Assembly: GCA_050633305.1 (NCBI GenBank)
Contig: JBOEGF010000036.1
Coordinates: 87,254-151,253, forward strand
Reading direction: 5' to 3'
Length of the DNA: 64,000 bases
From: Nannocystales bacterium
GTDB lineage: Bacteria > Myxococcota_A > Polyangia > Nannocystales > Nannocystaceae
Every line of letters begins with the position of its first letter. The first letter of the stretch is position 1. The notes beneath the pieces are model-generated. The model was not told the origin of the DNA. It did not search any database and was given only the letters and a program-made list of their open reading frames with translations. Shown here in pieces: positions 51,160-60,373 of the stretch. The position numbers and the translations under genes are program-made.

Positions 51160-53004
51160 TCACGCGTCCACGACGACGTCGGCCTTTGCGCAGGCTTGGC
51201 AAGCGAGGACGAGGCCGTCGGCCTTGTCGTCAGGATGCAGGCCATCCTCCACCTCCATCGTGACCTCGCCTTCGAGGAGGCGGACGACGCAGGACCCGCA
51301 CGTGCCCACGCGACACGAGTTGTCGATCTCGACACCGGCCGTCTCGGCCGCGTCGAGAATCGTCACGCCTGGGCCCAACGCCCCTTTCTTGCCGGATGCA
51401 CGAAACGCCACGACCGGAAGATGTTTGTTCTCCGCTTTCGAGCGTTCGGGTTTGGTCACCGGCTTGGGCCGCGGCGTTGCTGGCCCAAACTTCTCGGTGC
51501 GAATCTGATCGGTGGGAACACCAATCTCCTCAAGCATTGAGGCCACCGCGTCCATCATCGGCAGCGGGCCACACACGTGGACGCGATGCTTCGCCACCTC
51601 CGGTATGAGCTCGACGATCGTCTCCTTCGTGAGTCGCCCGCGAATACCCGTCCACCCGTCGCCGGGACTCGACAACACCGCGGTGTACCGGAATGTCTCG
51701 TAGCGCTGGGCCAGCGTCTCGAGTTCGCGCGCGAAGATGATGTCCTCTTCCCGTTTGCAGCAGACGAGCAAGTGGATGGCTCCCCCCCAGACCCGGTCCG
51801 TTAGGTATCGGGCAATGGACATCATCGGCGTGATCCCGACGCCGCCGGCGATGAGCACTACGGCGTCGGCTTCCTGCCCGGTGAACGTAAAACGGCCTGC
51901 GGGGGCGGACACCGCGAGCATGTCGCCCGGGCTGACCTGGTCGTGCAGGAAGCGAGACGCGATTCCCTCGTTCTCGCGCTTGATCGTGATCTCCACATAG
52001 TCACCCTGCGTCGGCGATGAGGCGATTGTGTAGGACCGCTGCACGGGTTTCCCACTCGGCGCGACCTTCACGGTGAGGAACTGACCCGGTAGGTACGTGA
52101 ACGGGATGGGGCTTGCGTCGGGATGACACAGGCGAAACGTCTTGACGGTCTCCGTCTCGCGGAACACTGCAGCGACCTTGAGCTCGCCACGCCAGGTGCT
52201 GGCGCGGGTGGGTTGCTCGACGACCCGTCGGCCCGGTGGGGGGGCAGAGGCCTCGAGCGTCTGCAGCAAGGCCGCGGCACGGCGCATTTTGAAGAAGTAC
52301 ATCCACAGCATGGCGCCCGCAAAGGCGACCAGGATCGCCATGACCCCGAGGTGGAAGACCCCGAGGCCACCCTGCGAGTCCGTCGCTGTCGAACGGCGCA
52401 GACCCAGGTCCTGGCGGAACCACTCGAGCGTCGTCTCCGCTGCGGTCGAGGGCTGTGCGAGTGATCGCCGCAGCGCAACCCCCTTGGACAGCTCGCGGGA
52501 GCCTTGCCGGACCTGCGCGATAGCACTGGCGAGCGCGTCCGAGTCACCCGCCGGTGCGTCGGCGAGGCGACGCAGGCCGGCGGCGAGTTCGGCTCTTCCC
52601 TGCGACACACTCTCGTCTGCCCGCGCTTGCAGCAGCTGCCGCGTCGCTGGGGGCAGTGCATCGCCCGACACCAGACGTGGGAGGTTGGTCCCGGGGAGAA
52701 ATACCTCGGCGTCCTCGGGCCCGGTTTCATGGTGTCCCGCGTGTTCGTCGGCCCCGGGCGGGCCGCCAGGTGGAACCGAGGTGTCGGTCGAGGGGGAACC
52801 TGGAGCATATGGCGGTGGTCCCCCGCGTCGAGATCCAGCCCGCGGCCCGGCGTGTGGAGGTGGTCCGGCGTGGACGACCGGTACATCGAGGGCGGTACCA
52901 GCCACGAACATCCCGGCGATCCCGAAGAACAGGGCGAAGAGCGTGCGCGCTCCCGTGTTGCGTCGGAGTTGCCGGGTAGGCTGTGGGTGGCGCTCACCGA
53001 GCAT
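51160..53004 (-). CDS. Membrane-anchored FAD/NAD(P)-binding oxidoreductase with C-terminal 2Fe-2S ferredoxin
   Basis: GAGGAG RBS; signal/TM, HAGHH, TM; RSYTIASSP, AGGVGITPM, CGP..MM, EKFG; CRVGTCGSC...LAC. Confidence 0.88.
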   Translation of the reverse strand: MLGERHPQPTRQLRRNTGARTLFALFFGIAGMFVAGTALDVPVVHAGPPPHAGPRAGSRRGGPPPYAPGSPSTDTSVPPGGPPGADEHAGHHETGPEDAEVFLPGTNLPRLVSGDALPPATRQLLQARADESVSQGRAELAAGLRRLADAPAGDSDALASAIAQVRQGSRELSKGVALRRSLAQPSTAAETTLEWFRQDLGLRRSTATDSQGGLGVFHLGVMAILVAFAGAMLWMYFFKMRRAAALLQTLEASAPPPGRRVVEQPTRASTWRGELKVAAVFRETETVKTFRLCHPDASPIPFTYLPGQFLTVKVAPSGKPVQRSYTIASSPTQGDYVEITIKRENEGIASRFLHDQVSPGDMLAVSAPAGRFTFTGQEADAVVLIAGGVGITPMMSIARYLTDRVWGGAIHLLVCCKREEDIIFARELETLAQRYETFRYTAVLSSPGDGWTGIRGRLTKETIVELIPEVAKHRVHVCGPLPMMDAVASMLEEIGVPTDQIRTEKFGPATPRPKPVTKPERSKAENKHLPVVAFRASGKKGALGPGVTILDAAETAGVEIDNSCRVGTCGSCVVRLLEGEVTMEVEDGLHPDDKADGLVLACQACAKADVVVDA

Positions 53005-54058
53005 TGCGCTGGCTCCTCGTCGTGGGTCGCGGGGGCCTCGAGCCCATCTTGGCTGTGTCGTCGTCTTGGCCACCGCCATCAACAGACAGGCGCTGTCGCT
53101 GCTGTCGGGTCAAAGTTTCGAGGGCATCCACGATCGCGTCGAGATACGCGAGCCGTCGACGGGTTTGAAGCTTCTCGACTGCTTCGACGGCGGCGACCAC
53201 GTTCCTTCGATCGAAGTCCACATCCGCAAGCGCTCCGGCCAGATCCACCTCCCGCGCCTCGACTTGGGCGCGCAGACGGTCATCGTTCTTGCCGTGCTCC
53301 TGCGCGATCAGTTCGAGCGCCCGCCGCTGGCTGGTCGACAAGTCGAGCCCGTCGTCAACCTCTAGGAAGAAGCCGGCCGCGCCCGACTGGACGAGCTCAG
53401 AGGACGCGGGCAAGAAACCAGAAAGAGCCGACGCGGAAGCAGGTTCTGCAGTGGACATCTTCCCGATGGTGCCGTCGTCAGCCTGGGGCTCGGCGCGGTC
53501 ATCCGTTTCCATGCCGCCGGGCGTTCCCGTGTCCATGCCCATGGCTTCGCCGCCCATGGCTTCGCCGCCCATGGCTTTGCCGCCCATGGCTTTGCCGCCC
53601 ATGGCTTTGCCGCCCATGCCCATGCCCATGCCCATGCCCATACCCATGCCTTTGCCGCCGCCCATGCCTTTGCCGCCGCCCATGCCTTTGCCGCCGCCCA
53701 TCATTCCGCCTTTGGCGCCGCCCATCATTCCGCCCATGCCACCGCCGTCAGCCGGAATGGCCACCACCGCACCACTCGCAGATTCCCCGCCGTCAGGCTT
53801 TGGGTCCTCGTTGGCCATGTTCATGTCCGTTGGACTTGGGGAGGCTGCCGCGACATGTGCAGCATGGTTCTCCGCGGCCGCTGGGTGATCGGGGCGGCCG
53901 TCATCGATTTGATCCGCGAGGCGCTGGAGGGACTCCGCCGGTGGTGCTTCGCTGGGGACGTCGTCGCAACCCGGAATGACGAGGAGGAACACGAGTCCCA
54001 CGGACGACACGGCTGTGCCGATGATGGGCGCGGGGAGGGGGGAGCGGGGACGGGTCAT
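52994..54058 (-). CDS. Met/Gly-rich lipoprotein with Spy/CpxP/ZraP-like helical domain
   Basis: VIPGC lipobox, NHAAH, long MG/MGG tract, FFL...L.LS..Q...L and LT..QR. Confidence 0.78.
   Translation of the reverse strand: MTRPRSPLPAPIIGTAVSSVGLVFLLVIPGCDDVPSEAPPAESLQRLADQIDDGRPDHPAAAENHAAHVAAASPSPTDMNMANEDPKPDGGESASGAVVAIPADGGGMGGMMGGAKGGMMGGGKGMGGGKGMGGGKGMGMGMGMGMGMGGKAMGGKAMGGKAMGGEAMGGEAMGMDTGTPGGMETDDRAEPQADDGTIGKMSTAEPASASALSGFLPASSELVQSGAAGFFLEVDDGLDLSTSQRRALELIAQEHGKNDDRLRAQVEAREVDLAGALADVDFDRRNVVAAVEAVEKLQTRRRLAYLDAIVDALETLTRQQRQRLSVDGGGQDDDTAKMGSRPPRPTTRSQRNAR
53535..53745. repeat. Compound coding tandem repeats (15-, 6- and 18-bp units)
   Basis: GCCCATGGCTT(T/C)GCC-type x5, CCCATG runs and GCCTTTGCCGCCGCCCAT x3, encoding MGG(K/E)A, MG and MGGGKG. 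Confidence 0.85.
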
Positions 54059-54225
54059 GTTGTTGGGGGATTTCGGTGCTGAAACTCTGAGGCGCGCGCG
54101 GGCAGCAGCGCGACAGATGACTGTAGTTTTCTATGGGTGCTCGGAGGTCGAGTGCGACCGTGCATTCGTTGCCCCCTCGGGTCGCTCTAAGTGACCCCCC
54201 GGGCCACAAGCCCGGTTGCCGCATG

Positions 54226-54945
54226 TCACGGCAAGGCGACCCGCAGGCGTTCTGCGCGGCTGCGAACCTCGATGGCGGATGACGGCCTATCCGCCCCGAT
54301 GGCAAGCGAGACGCGGCCTTGTTCGTCTTCCCCGACCTCCGCCCACACCCCGCGGGGAACAAGCGGACAGTCCGGCAGGTCGTCGATGGGATGCCCGAGC
54401 ACTGCGCTGTGTGCCAGGTGACAATCAACCACGCGTCCCAGGCTCTCGGGAGTCATCCCGACGACGGGTCGATACACGATTGTGACAACAGCCCCTTCGA
54501 CGCCGCCGTCATGGATGTCGACCGAGACCAGGTCCCGCGGGTGGAGCACCGGGCTGCGCTCTCGGTCGGAGGCTGCAACCGACCGGCAAGCCGTAGCCGC
54601 CTGCGCTTCGAGGGTATCCGCCGCCTGACGATGCAGCTGCGCGGCGTGGGCGTGCTGTCGTCGCTCGGTCCGGTGGCGGCCATTGGTGCCGCTACGCGAC
54701 GACCAGCACAGCCCGGACACCTCGGCGTCCCCAGTGCACCCCGCGAGCGGGTCTGCCCCTGGGTGATATCGACCACCGTGTGCCGAGGCCCGTGCTTGTT
54801 CGAGGCTGGCCGCTTTGTTGTGCTCCTGTACGCTCATCGCGTCAGGCTGGGTCCCGGGCGGTCGTCGGTTCGCACAACCGGCCATGAGCATGAACGCGGC
54901 TGCGAGTGCCCATCGTTCCCTCCCGGAGAGAACCGAACCGCTCAT
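54226..54945 (-). CDS. His/Cys-rich hypothetical lipoprotein (paralog of 1658-2341)
   Basis: MAGC lipobox; CHLAHSAVLGH...CPLVP; ATGA overlap with gdhA. Confidence 0.78.
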   Translation of the reverse strand: MSGSVLSGRERWALAAAFMLMAGCANRRPPGTQPDAMSVQEHNKAASLEQARASAHGGRYHPGADPLAGCTGDAEVSGLCWSSRSGTNGRHRTERRQHAHAAQLHRQAADTLEAQAATACRSVAASDRERSPVLHPRDLVSVDIHDGGVEGAVVTIVYRPVVGMTPESLGRVVDCHLAHSAVLGHPIDDLPDCPLVPRGVWAEVGEDEQGRVSLAIGADRPSSAIEVRSRAERLRVALP

Positions 54946-56297
54946 CGCTGGTCAGCCTTCGGAGCGTCCGCGAAGTCGCGCTCTGTGCCGCACGCGGACA
55001 TTGCCTCGTCGAGCTGCTCGAGCGCGCATGCGTACGCGGCGGTTCGTAGCGGTACGCTCCGCTCACTGGAGAACTGTGCCACGCGCTCGAATGCGGTGGT
55101 CATGATGTCCTGGAGGCGCTCGTGAACTTCTGATTCAGCCCAGCGAACGCCGCCGCGGTTCTGCGCCCACTCGAAGTAGCTCACGGTCACTCCGCCGGCG
55201 TTCGCGAGGATATCGGGCAAGACCCGGACGCCTCGACGATTCAGGATCGTGTCGGCCTCCGGGGTTGTTGGCCCGTTGGCGACCTCGACGATGGTGCTCG
55301 CTTGGATACGCTCGGCGTTGTGATGCGTAATCTGCCGCTCGAGCGCGGCGGGAATGAGGAGGTCGACGTCCGATTCCAGAAGCTCTGTGTTGGTGATGAC
55401 TTGATCCGGTCGGGCATCACCGCACCAGCAGGTCTCCGCGCCACAGTCCGGGCAATCGCAGACGGATGCGCCCGCGTATCCGGTGCGAAGAGAGCGGCTG
55501 CGTTGTTTTCGTTCGAGCAGCGCAGGAACATCGAGCCCTGTTGCCCGGAAAACGCCGCCCTTTGAATCGCTGATTGCGACGACACGGTATCCGTCGGCGT
55601 GCAGCAAGCGGGCGACATGCTGGCCTGCGTTGCCGAAACCCTGGACGGCGACGCGGATCTTGGTGGGTTGCCAGCCGAGCTGGGCCTCCAGCTGCTTGAT
55701 GCAATAGTAGGCGCCACGCCCAGTGGCGTCATCGCGCCCCAGGCTTCCGCCCAGCGCGATGGGTTTGCCCGTGATGACCCCCGGCTCCCGGCTTTGGTGG
55801 CCCTGAGAGTACTCGTCCATCATCCAGCCCATCACCATGGCGTTGGTATAGACGTCGGGGGCCGGGATATCGCGTGTTGGCCCGATGACGCTCGCCATGG
55901 CTCGAGCGTAGGCACGGCTGAGCCTCTCGAGTTCGGTGCCGGAGAGCTGCTTCGGATCGACCACCACACCCCCCTTTCCACCGCCGAAGGGAATGCCGAC
56001 CACGGCACACTTGAACGTCATCCAAAAAGCGAGGGCTTGCACCTCCGCGAGGTCGACCGCGGGGTGAAAGCGAATCCCTCCCTTTGAGGGTCCGCGAGTG
56101 TCGTCGTAGCGCACCCGGTACGACGGCAGAAGGGCCAGTGAACCGTCGTCCATGCGCACTGCAAGCGTGGCTTGGGCGATGCTCTTGGGATGTCGCAGTC
56201 TGGCCACTGTTTCCGGATCGACTTGGACATGCTTTGCCGCTTCATCCAGGCGGGACAGGGCGGCACGGAAGAGGTCGAGGTCAGCTGGATGATTCAT
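54942..56297 (-). CDS. gdhA: Glu/Leu/Phe/Val dehydrogenase (glutamate dehydrogenase)
   Basis: KGGIRFHP, GGGKGG, DIPAPDV, TGKP, ATGRG, QGFGNAG, ANGP, ANAGGVTVSYFEW. Confidence 0.9.
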   Translation of the reverse strand: MNHPADLDLFRAALSRLDEAAKHVQVDPETVARLRHPKSIAQATLAVRMDDGSLALLPSYRVRYDDTRGPSKGGIRFHPAVDLAEVQALAFWMTFKCAVVGIPFGGGKGGVVVDPKQLSGTELERLSRAYARAMASVIGPTRDIPAPDVYTNAMVMGWMMDEYSQGHQSREPGVITGKPIALGGSLGRDDATGRGAYYCIKQLEAQLGWQPTKIRVAVQGFGNAGQHVARLLHADGYRVVAISDSKGGVFRATGLDVPALLERKQRSRSLRTGYAGASVCDCPDCGAETCWCGDARPDQVITNTELLESDVDLLIPAALERQITHHNAERIQASTIVEVANGPTTPEADTILNRRGVRVLPDILANAGGVTVSYFEWAQNRGGVRWAESEVHERLQDIMTTAFERVAQFSSERSVPLRTAAYACALEQLDEAMSACGTERDFADAPKADQR

Positions 56298-56724
56298 GGT
56301 TCTCTTTCGGTCTTCGGGCACGAAGCGGGCTGTCCCGCGTGTCGGAAGGATGTGGCCCGGGGTAAGGGGGAAAGCGACGGCCCCGAACCGTTCGTCGAAC
56401 ATGGACCTCGGTCGACCGCGCGAGCGCGCATTTGTCGACTGGATGGGCAGACGCCGAGTAACCGCCCAGGCCACAGAAAGCATTGGTTCGCGCCGCACCC
56501 CGCCGGCGCTCCACGACCGATGGATCGCAACGGTCATCGAGCTGGCGCTGCTGTGGGTGCCGGCGTTGCCGTCGTGACCCGTGGCCGCGAACGAACAGCG
56601 TTTGGCCGCTGCTCAGGTGCAGCTGTGACCGCTGAGGTCACGGGAAGGACATGCCCGAGCGCAAGAATAGCAACCTCATGCTGCGCGCAGCGGCATCAGT
56701 GTCCCGAATAGACGGAGTACACCG

Positions 56725-57057
56725 ATGACACGGACCACACGAACTCAACCCACTTCCAAGAAATCTGTATCGCAGTCCCCCCCGCCGACACCACCTCGAC
56801 CGACCACTGTTGAGTGTGCCGCTTGCGACGCCCAAGCAGTGTTTCTCGCAGGGACGTTCAACAGCTGGAGCGAGAACTCGACGCCGATGCGGAGGCAGCC
56901 GGACGGGCGTTGGGTCGCGACGCTCAAGGTCGAGCCCGGCCGCCACGAGTACAAGTTCGTCAGGGACGGACGGTGGTGCTGTGACGACTGTGCCGAGGCC
57001 GGTCCAAAGGTCGACAACGGTCTCGGCACGATGAACCACGTCCTCATCGTGGAATAG
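56725..57057 (+). CDS. Second stand-alone glycogen-binding (CBM48-like) protein
   Basis: VFLAGTFNSW, PGRHEYKFV.DG.WCC, NGLGTMN. Confidence 0.82.
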   Translation: MTRTTRTQPTSKKSVSQSPPPTPPRPTTVECAACDAQAVFLAGTFNSWSENSTPMRRQPDGRWVATLKVEPGRHEYKFVRDGRWCCDDCAEAGPKVDNGLGTMNHVLIVE

Positions 57058-57092
57058 GTCCCCTTCGGAGGTCGTGCTGTACTGTCACGGCC

Positions 57093-58361
57093 ATGCAAGA
57101 CGACCCGCGCGTGCAGACCCTCAATCGGGGATGCCAGTGCATCACCACGGACGCTGAGGCACTCGCGGCGCAGCTGGACGGCCAGCTCCCGGACGCCGCC
57201 GCGCTGCTGCGCGACGGGATGCCCAACGTGTTCTCCAGCGGTCCGGTGTTCATCGGAGCCGAGCAGGTGTCCTCGATCGTCGACACCATCCGGGCTATCG
57301 AGAGCGTGGGCTGCAACGAGGCGTATCGGGAGGCGGTTCTCGCCGACGCCCCGCCCTCAGCTCGGGTCTCGACGCCAGCCAAGGGCGTGCTGTTCGGTTA
57401 CGACTTCCACCTCGCGGCCGAGGGCCCCAAGCTCATCGAGATCAATACGAACGCCGGCGGCGTCCTGCTCAACCTCGCACTCGCACGGGCGCAGGTAGCG
57501 TGCTGCCCGGAGGTCCAGCCGCTGATGCGGACCGCGCTCGACGAGGGCGCGGTGGAGGCGTCGATCGTGAACATGTTCCGCGAGGAGGCCAAGGTGGCGG
57601 GCCACCCCGAGCTTCGGCGGGTCGCCATCGTCGACGAGGATCCGCCCTCGCAGTTCCTGTACCCGGAGATGCTCCTGTTCGCGGCACTCCTCGAGCGCAA
57701 CGGAATCGACGCGCGTGTCGTGGGCCCCGAGGAGCTGCAGAGCGATGGGGGCCTGATCACGCATCTCGGCGATCCGGTCGAGCTGATCTACAACCGGCTG
57801 ACGGATTTCTACCTCGAGTCGGACAGCGTCGCGGCCGTTCGCGATGCGTGGGAGACCGGGAAAACGGTGGTGACTCCGCACCCGGCCGCCTACGCGGTGC
57901 TCGCTGACAAGCGAAACCTCGAGGTCTTGTCCGACCCCGAACGGCTCCGTGAGTTCGGCGTTGCACAGGGGGAACTCGACCTGCTGGCGGCCGCCGTCCC
58001 GGCCACGCGTCGGGTCGATCCTCAAGACGCCGAGGCACTCTGGGCAGACCGCAAACAGCTGTTCTTCAAGCCTGCCACCGGGTTCGGGAGTCGGGCGACG
58101 TACGCGGGGAAGAAGATCACCCGCAAAGTCTTCGCCAATGTCCTGCACGGCGAGTACGTGGCCCAGCAGCTCATCGCACCGAGCGAGCGCGTGGTCAACG
58201 TCGATGGTGCGCCGACCACGATGAAGGTCGACATCCGCGCCTACACCTACGGTGGCGAGGTGTTGTTGTTCGCCGCTCGGGTGTATCGCGGGCAAGTGAC
58301 GAACTTCCGCACCCCGGGCAGCGGATTTGCACCGCTGTTCGTGCTGCCTGCATTGGCCTGA
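57093..58361 (+). CDS. Circularly permuted ATP-grasp / glutathione-synthetase-like ligase of unknown substrate
   Basis: GYDFH...PKLIEINTNAGG, LIYNR, ADKR.L, FFKP..GFGS, YVAQ, VDIR, RVY.GQ.TNF. Confidence 0.7.
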   Translation: MQDDPRVQTLNRGCQCITTDAEALAAQLDGQLPDAAALLRDGMPNVFSSGPVFIGAEQVSSIVDTIRAIESVGCNEAYREAVLADAPPSARVSTPAKGVLFGYDFHLAAEGPKLIEINTNAGGVLLNLALARAQVACCPEVQPLMRTALDEGAVEASIVNMFREEAKVAGHPELRRVAIVDEDPPSQFLYPEMLLFAALLERNGIDARVVGPEELQSDGGLITHLGDPVELIYNRLTDFYLESDSVAAVRDAWETGKTVVTPHPAAYAVLADKRNLEVLSDPERLREFGVAQGELDLLAAAVPATRRVDPQDAEALWADRKQLFFKPATGFGSRATYAGKKITRKVFANVLHGEYVAQQLIAPSERVVNVDGAPTTMKVDIRAYTYGGEVLLFAARVYRGQVTNFRTPGSGFAPLFVLPALA

Positions 58362-58406
58362 ACGCCACCGTCGGTACCGAAAACAGTGGCCGCGCGGCCG
58401 CCTCCA

Positions 58407-59114
58407 TCACGGCTGGCAGGCCTGGGGGGTCCAGCCAAGCACCCGCGCGAACGGGGTGAAGTATCCGAGTGGGTCGTGTGGCCCGCACGTGGGCGCCTCG
58501 AGCGAGCACTGCGTCTCGTCGTCGCACGCGGTTCCGAACGTGTTGCCCTCGCCGACCTCGCACACCGCGAACGCGAAGTCGCCGGAGACGAATCGGCAGA
58601 GCTCGTCTTCGGCGCAGTCTTCGGTGTCGTCGCATTCGAGAAACAAGTTCACGCCGTCTGTGCAGCCGTGGCGAAAGTCCCGGCCGAGCTCGTCGTACAG
58701 CGAATCGGACGTCCGCTCCAGGCAATGGGCATCGAGGCCTTCGGGGTGGGAGCAGCCCAGGCAAAACTCGGTGGCGAGGTCACAGACCTCTTCACCGCAA
58801 GGGACCGTGCCCAAGGGCGGTTCAGGCGTCACGCCGGTACTCGTGTCGGCCATTTGGGTGGTGCTGCCGGAGCCAGTCTCGGCAACGACACCGCCGCTGG
58901 AAGTCGAGGACGAGCTGGCTGGGGACGCGTCGGTCGTCGAGTCTCCAGGATTGGTCGACGATCCCTGCGTCGATGCATCGAAGCCCCCCTCGCTCGTGCC
59001 GTCACCGGGTTGCTGGGTCGACCCGGCCGACCCCTCCTCGCCGTCCGGTACGGCGGCACCGCAGCCCAGCCCGAGAGTCCCAACCATGAGCGCGCAACGA
59101 AGACCATTATTCAT
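58407..59114 (-). CDS. Cys-rich lipoprotein with Ser/Thr linker
   Basis: GLGC lipobox; ECDDTEDC...C motif. Confidence 0.65.
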   Translation of the reverse strand: MNNGLRCALMVGTLGLGCGAAVPDGEEGSAGSTQQPGDGTSEGGFDASTQGSSTNPGDSTTDASPASSSSTSSGGVVAETGSGSTTQMADTSTGVTPEPPLGTVPCGEEVCDLATEFCLGCSHPEGLDAHCLERTSDSLYDELGRDFRHGCTDGVNLFLECDDTEDCAEDELCRFVSGDFAFAVCEVGEGNTFGTACDDETQCSLEAPTCGPHDPLGYFTPFARVLGWTPQACQP

Positions 59115-59191
59115 GTCGCCGAATTTGGGGGACATCAACGATTGCGTCCATTCGATTCTTTTTCGGAAAACACATAGATAATGCTGATGTA

Positions 59192-60103
59192 TTGTCGACG
59201 ACATTGACCCGTACCAACGACCTCGACCTGACCCTTCTACGCACGTTCCGGCTGTTCGCCCGCCTGGGTAGCGTCCAGGCGACCGCGCTGGAGCTGGGGC
59301 GATCGCAGCCCGCCATCAGCGCGCGGTTGCACCAGCTTCAGCGGGAAATCGGGGCTGACCTTTTCGTGAAGAGCGGCCGGCGGTTGGTGCTGACGCCGCT
59401 GGGGCGAACCCTCGACCGCCGGGCCGGAGTTGTAGTCGACGGGGTTCGTGCCCTGTTGGATGAGGTCGCGACCGCGGCGGAACGTCCGATTGGCGTGCTG
59501 CGGATCGGGGCATTGCCGACCCTGGGCGTGTTTGTGTTGGGCCGGCTGCTTCCCGAGTTCGCATCGCGTTTCCCGGACGTGGAGCTCGAACTCGAGTACC
59601 AGCCCGACCCGACGAGCGCGTCCCTGCGCTCGGGAGAGTTCGATGTCTTGATGGGGGTCGGTGAACCGCCGGGCGGTGAGGTGGCCACGCAGATCATCGG
59701 AGTGGCCCGGCCCGTCCTCGTTGTCGCACGGTCCGGCACCAAGGCGAGGCGAACCCCCGTCCGGGCTCGAACGCTTCAGTCGATGTCTTGGGTCGGATAC
59801 GGTCCGACCGACGACGCATTTTTCTCCGCCGTGTGGAGCTACCTCAGCGAGCACGGGCTCGCGTCGCGCGTGCGGCCCAGGGTTCGACACATCGAGACGC
59901 TCAAGGCGTTGGTTCGCCACAGCACGGACGCAACGATCTTGCCCGACTACACCGTCGTCGAAGCGGATTTGCACGCCCGCCCAATCGCAGATTTGAAGTT
60001 CTCAATGCCAGTTTGGGTCGCGGTGCGCTCGTCTTCGCTGGGCGTCTCCGCCATCGACGCCTTCCTCGACGCTCTACGGCAAGCCTGGCGTCGTCGAGGA
60101 TGA
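59192..60103 (+). CDS. LysR family transcriptional regulator
   Basis: LDLTLLRTF...GS...A.EL..SQPAISARL..L, LTPLG, LRIG. Confidence 0.9.
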   Translation: MSTTLTRTNDLDLTLLRTFRLFARLGSVQATALELGRSQPAISARLHQLQREIGADLFVKSGRRLVLTPLGRTLDRRAGVVVDGVRALLDEVATAAERPIGVLRIGALPTLGVFVLGRLLPEFASRFPDVELELEYQPDPTSASLRSGEFDVLMGVGEPPGGEVATQIIGVARPVLVVARSGTKARRTPVRARTLQSMSWVGYGPTDDAFFSAVWSYLSEHGLASRVRPRVRHIETLKALVRHSTDATILPDYTVVEADLHARPIADLKFSMPVWVAVRSSSLGVSAIDAFLDALRQAWRRRG

Positions 60104-60373
60104 CGACGTCGGCTCCCCAGCGCAACTTCGGCGGCCGCCTACGCTGGGGCGGGGGAGCTTGGAGTTCGGACACGCTTCCTGCGGTGCTCGACCGTGGTCC
60201 GCGTCTTGCGACCGTCTCGCGCTGTGTAAACTCGGGTGCTTGCCGTGTTCCTCCCCTTCGCGGACGCGGGGTGCATCGGTGTCCAGGCCAGCATGGAGCT
60301 CGAACCCACCTCCGAGTGTATCGATCTCGCCGATACAGGCGGTCTCCATATCTCGGGTCCATAGAATCCGCTG

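Noticed and set aside
53535..53745. Repeat tract as a CRISPR-like or non-coding array
   Set aside because: Units are tandem with no spacers, are multiples of three and lie inside a coding frame
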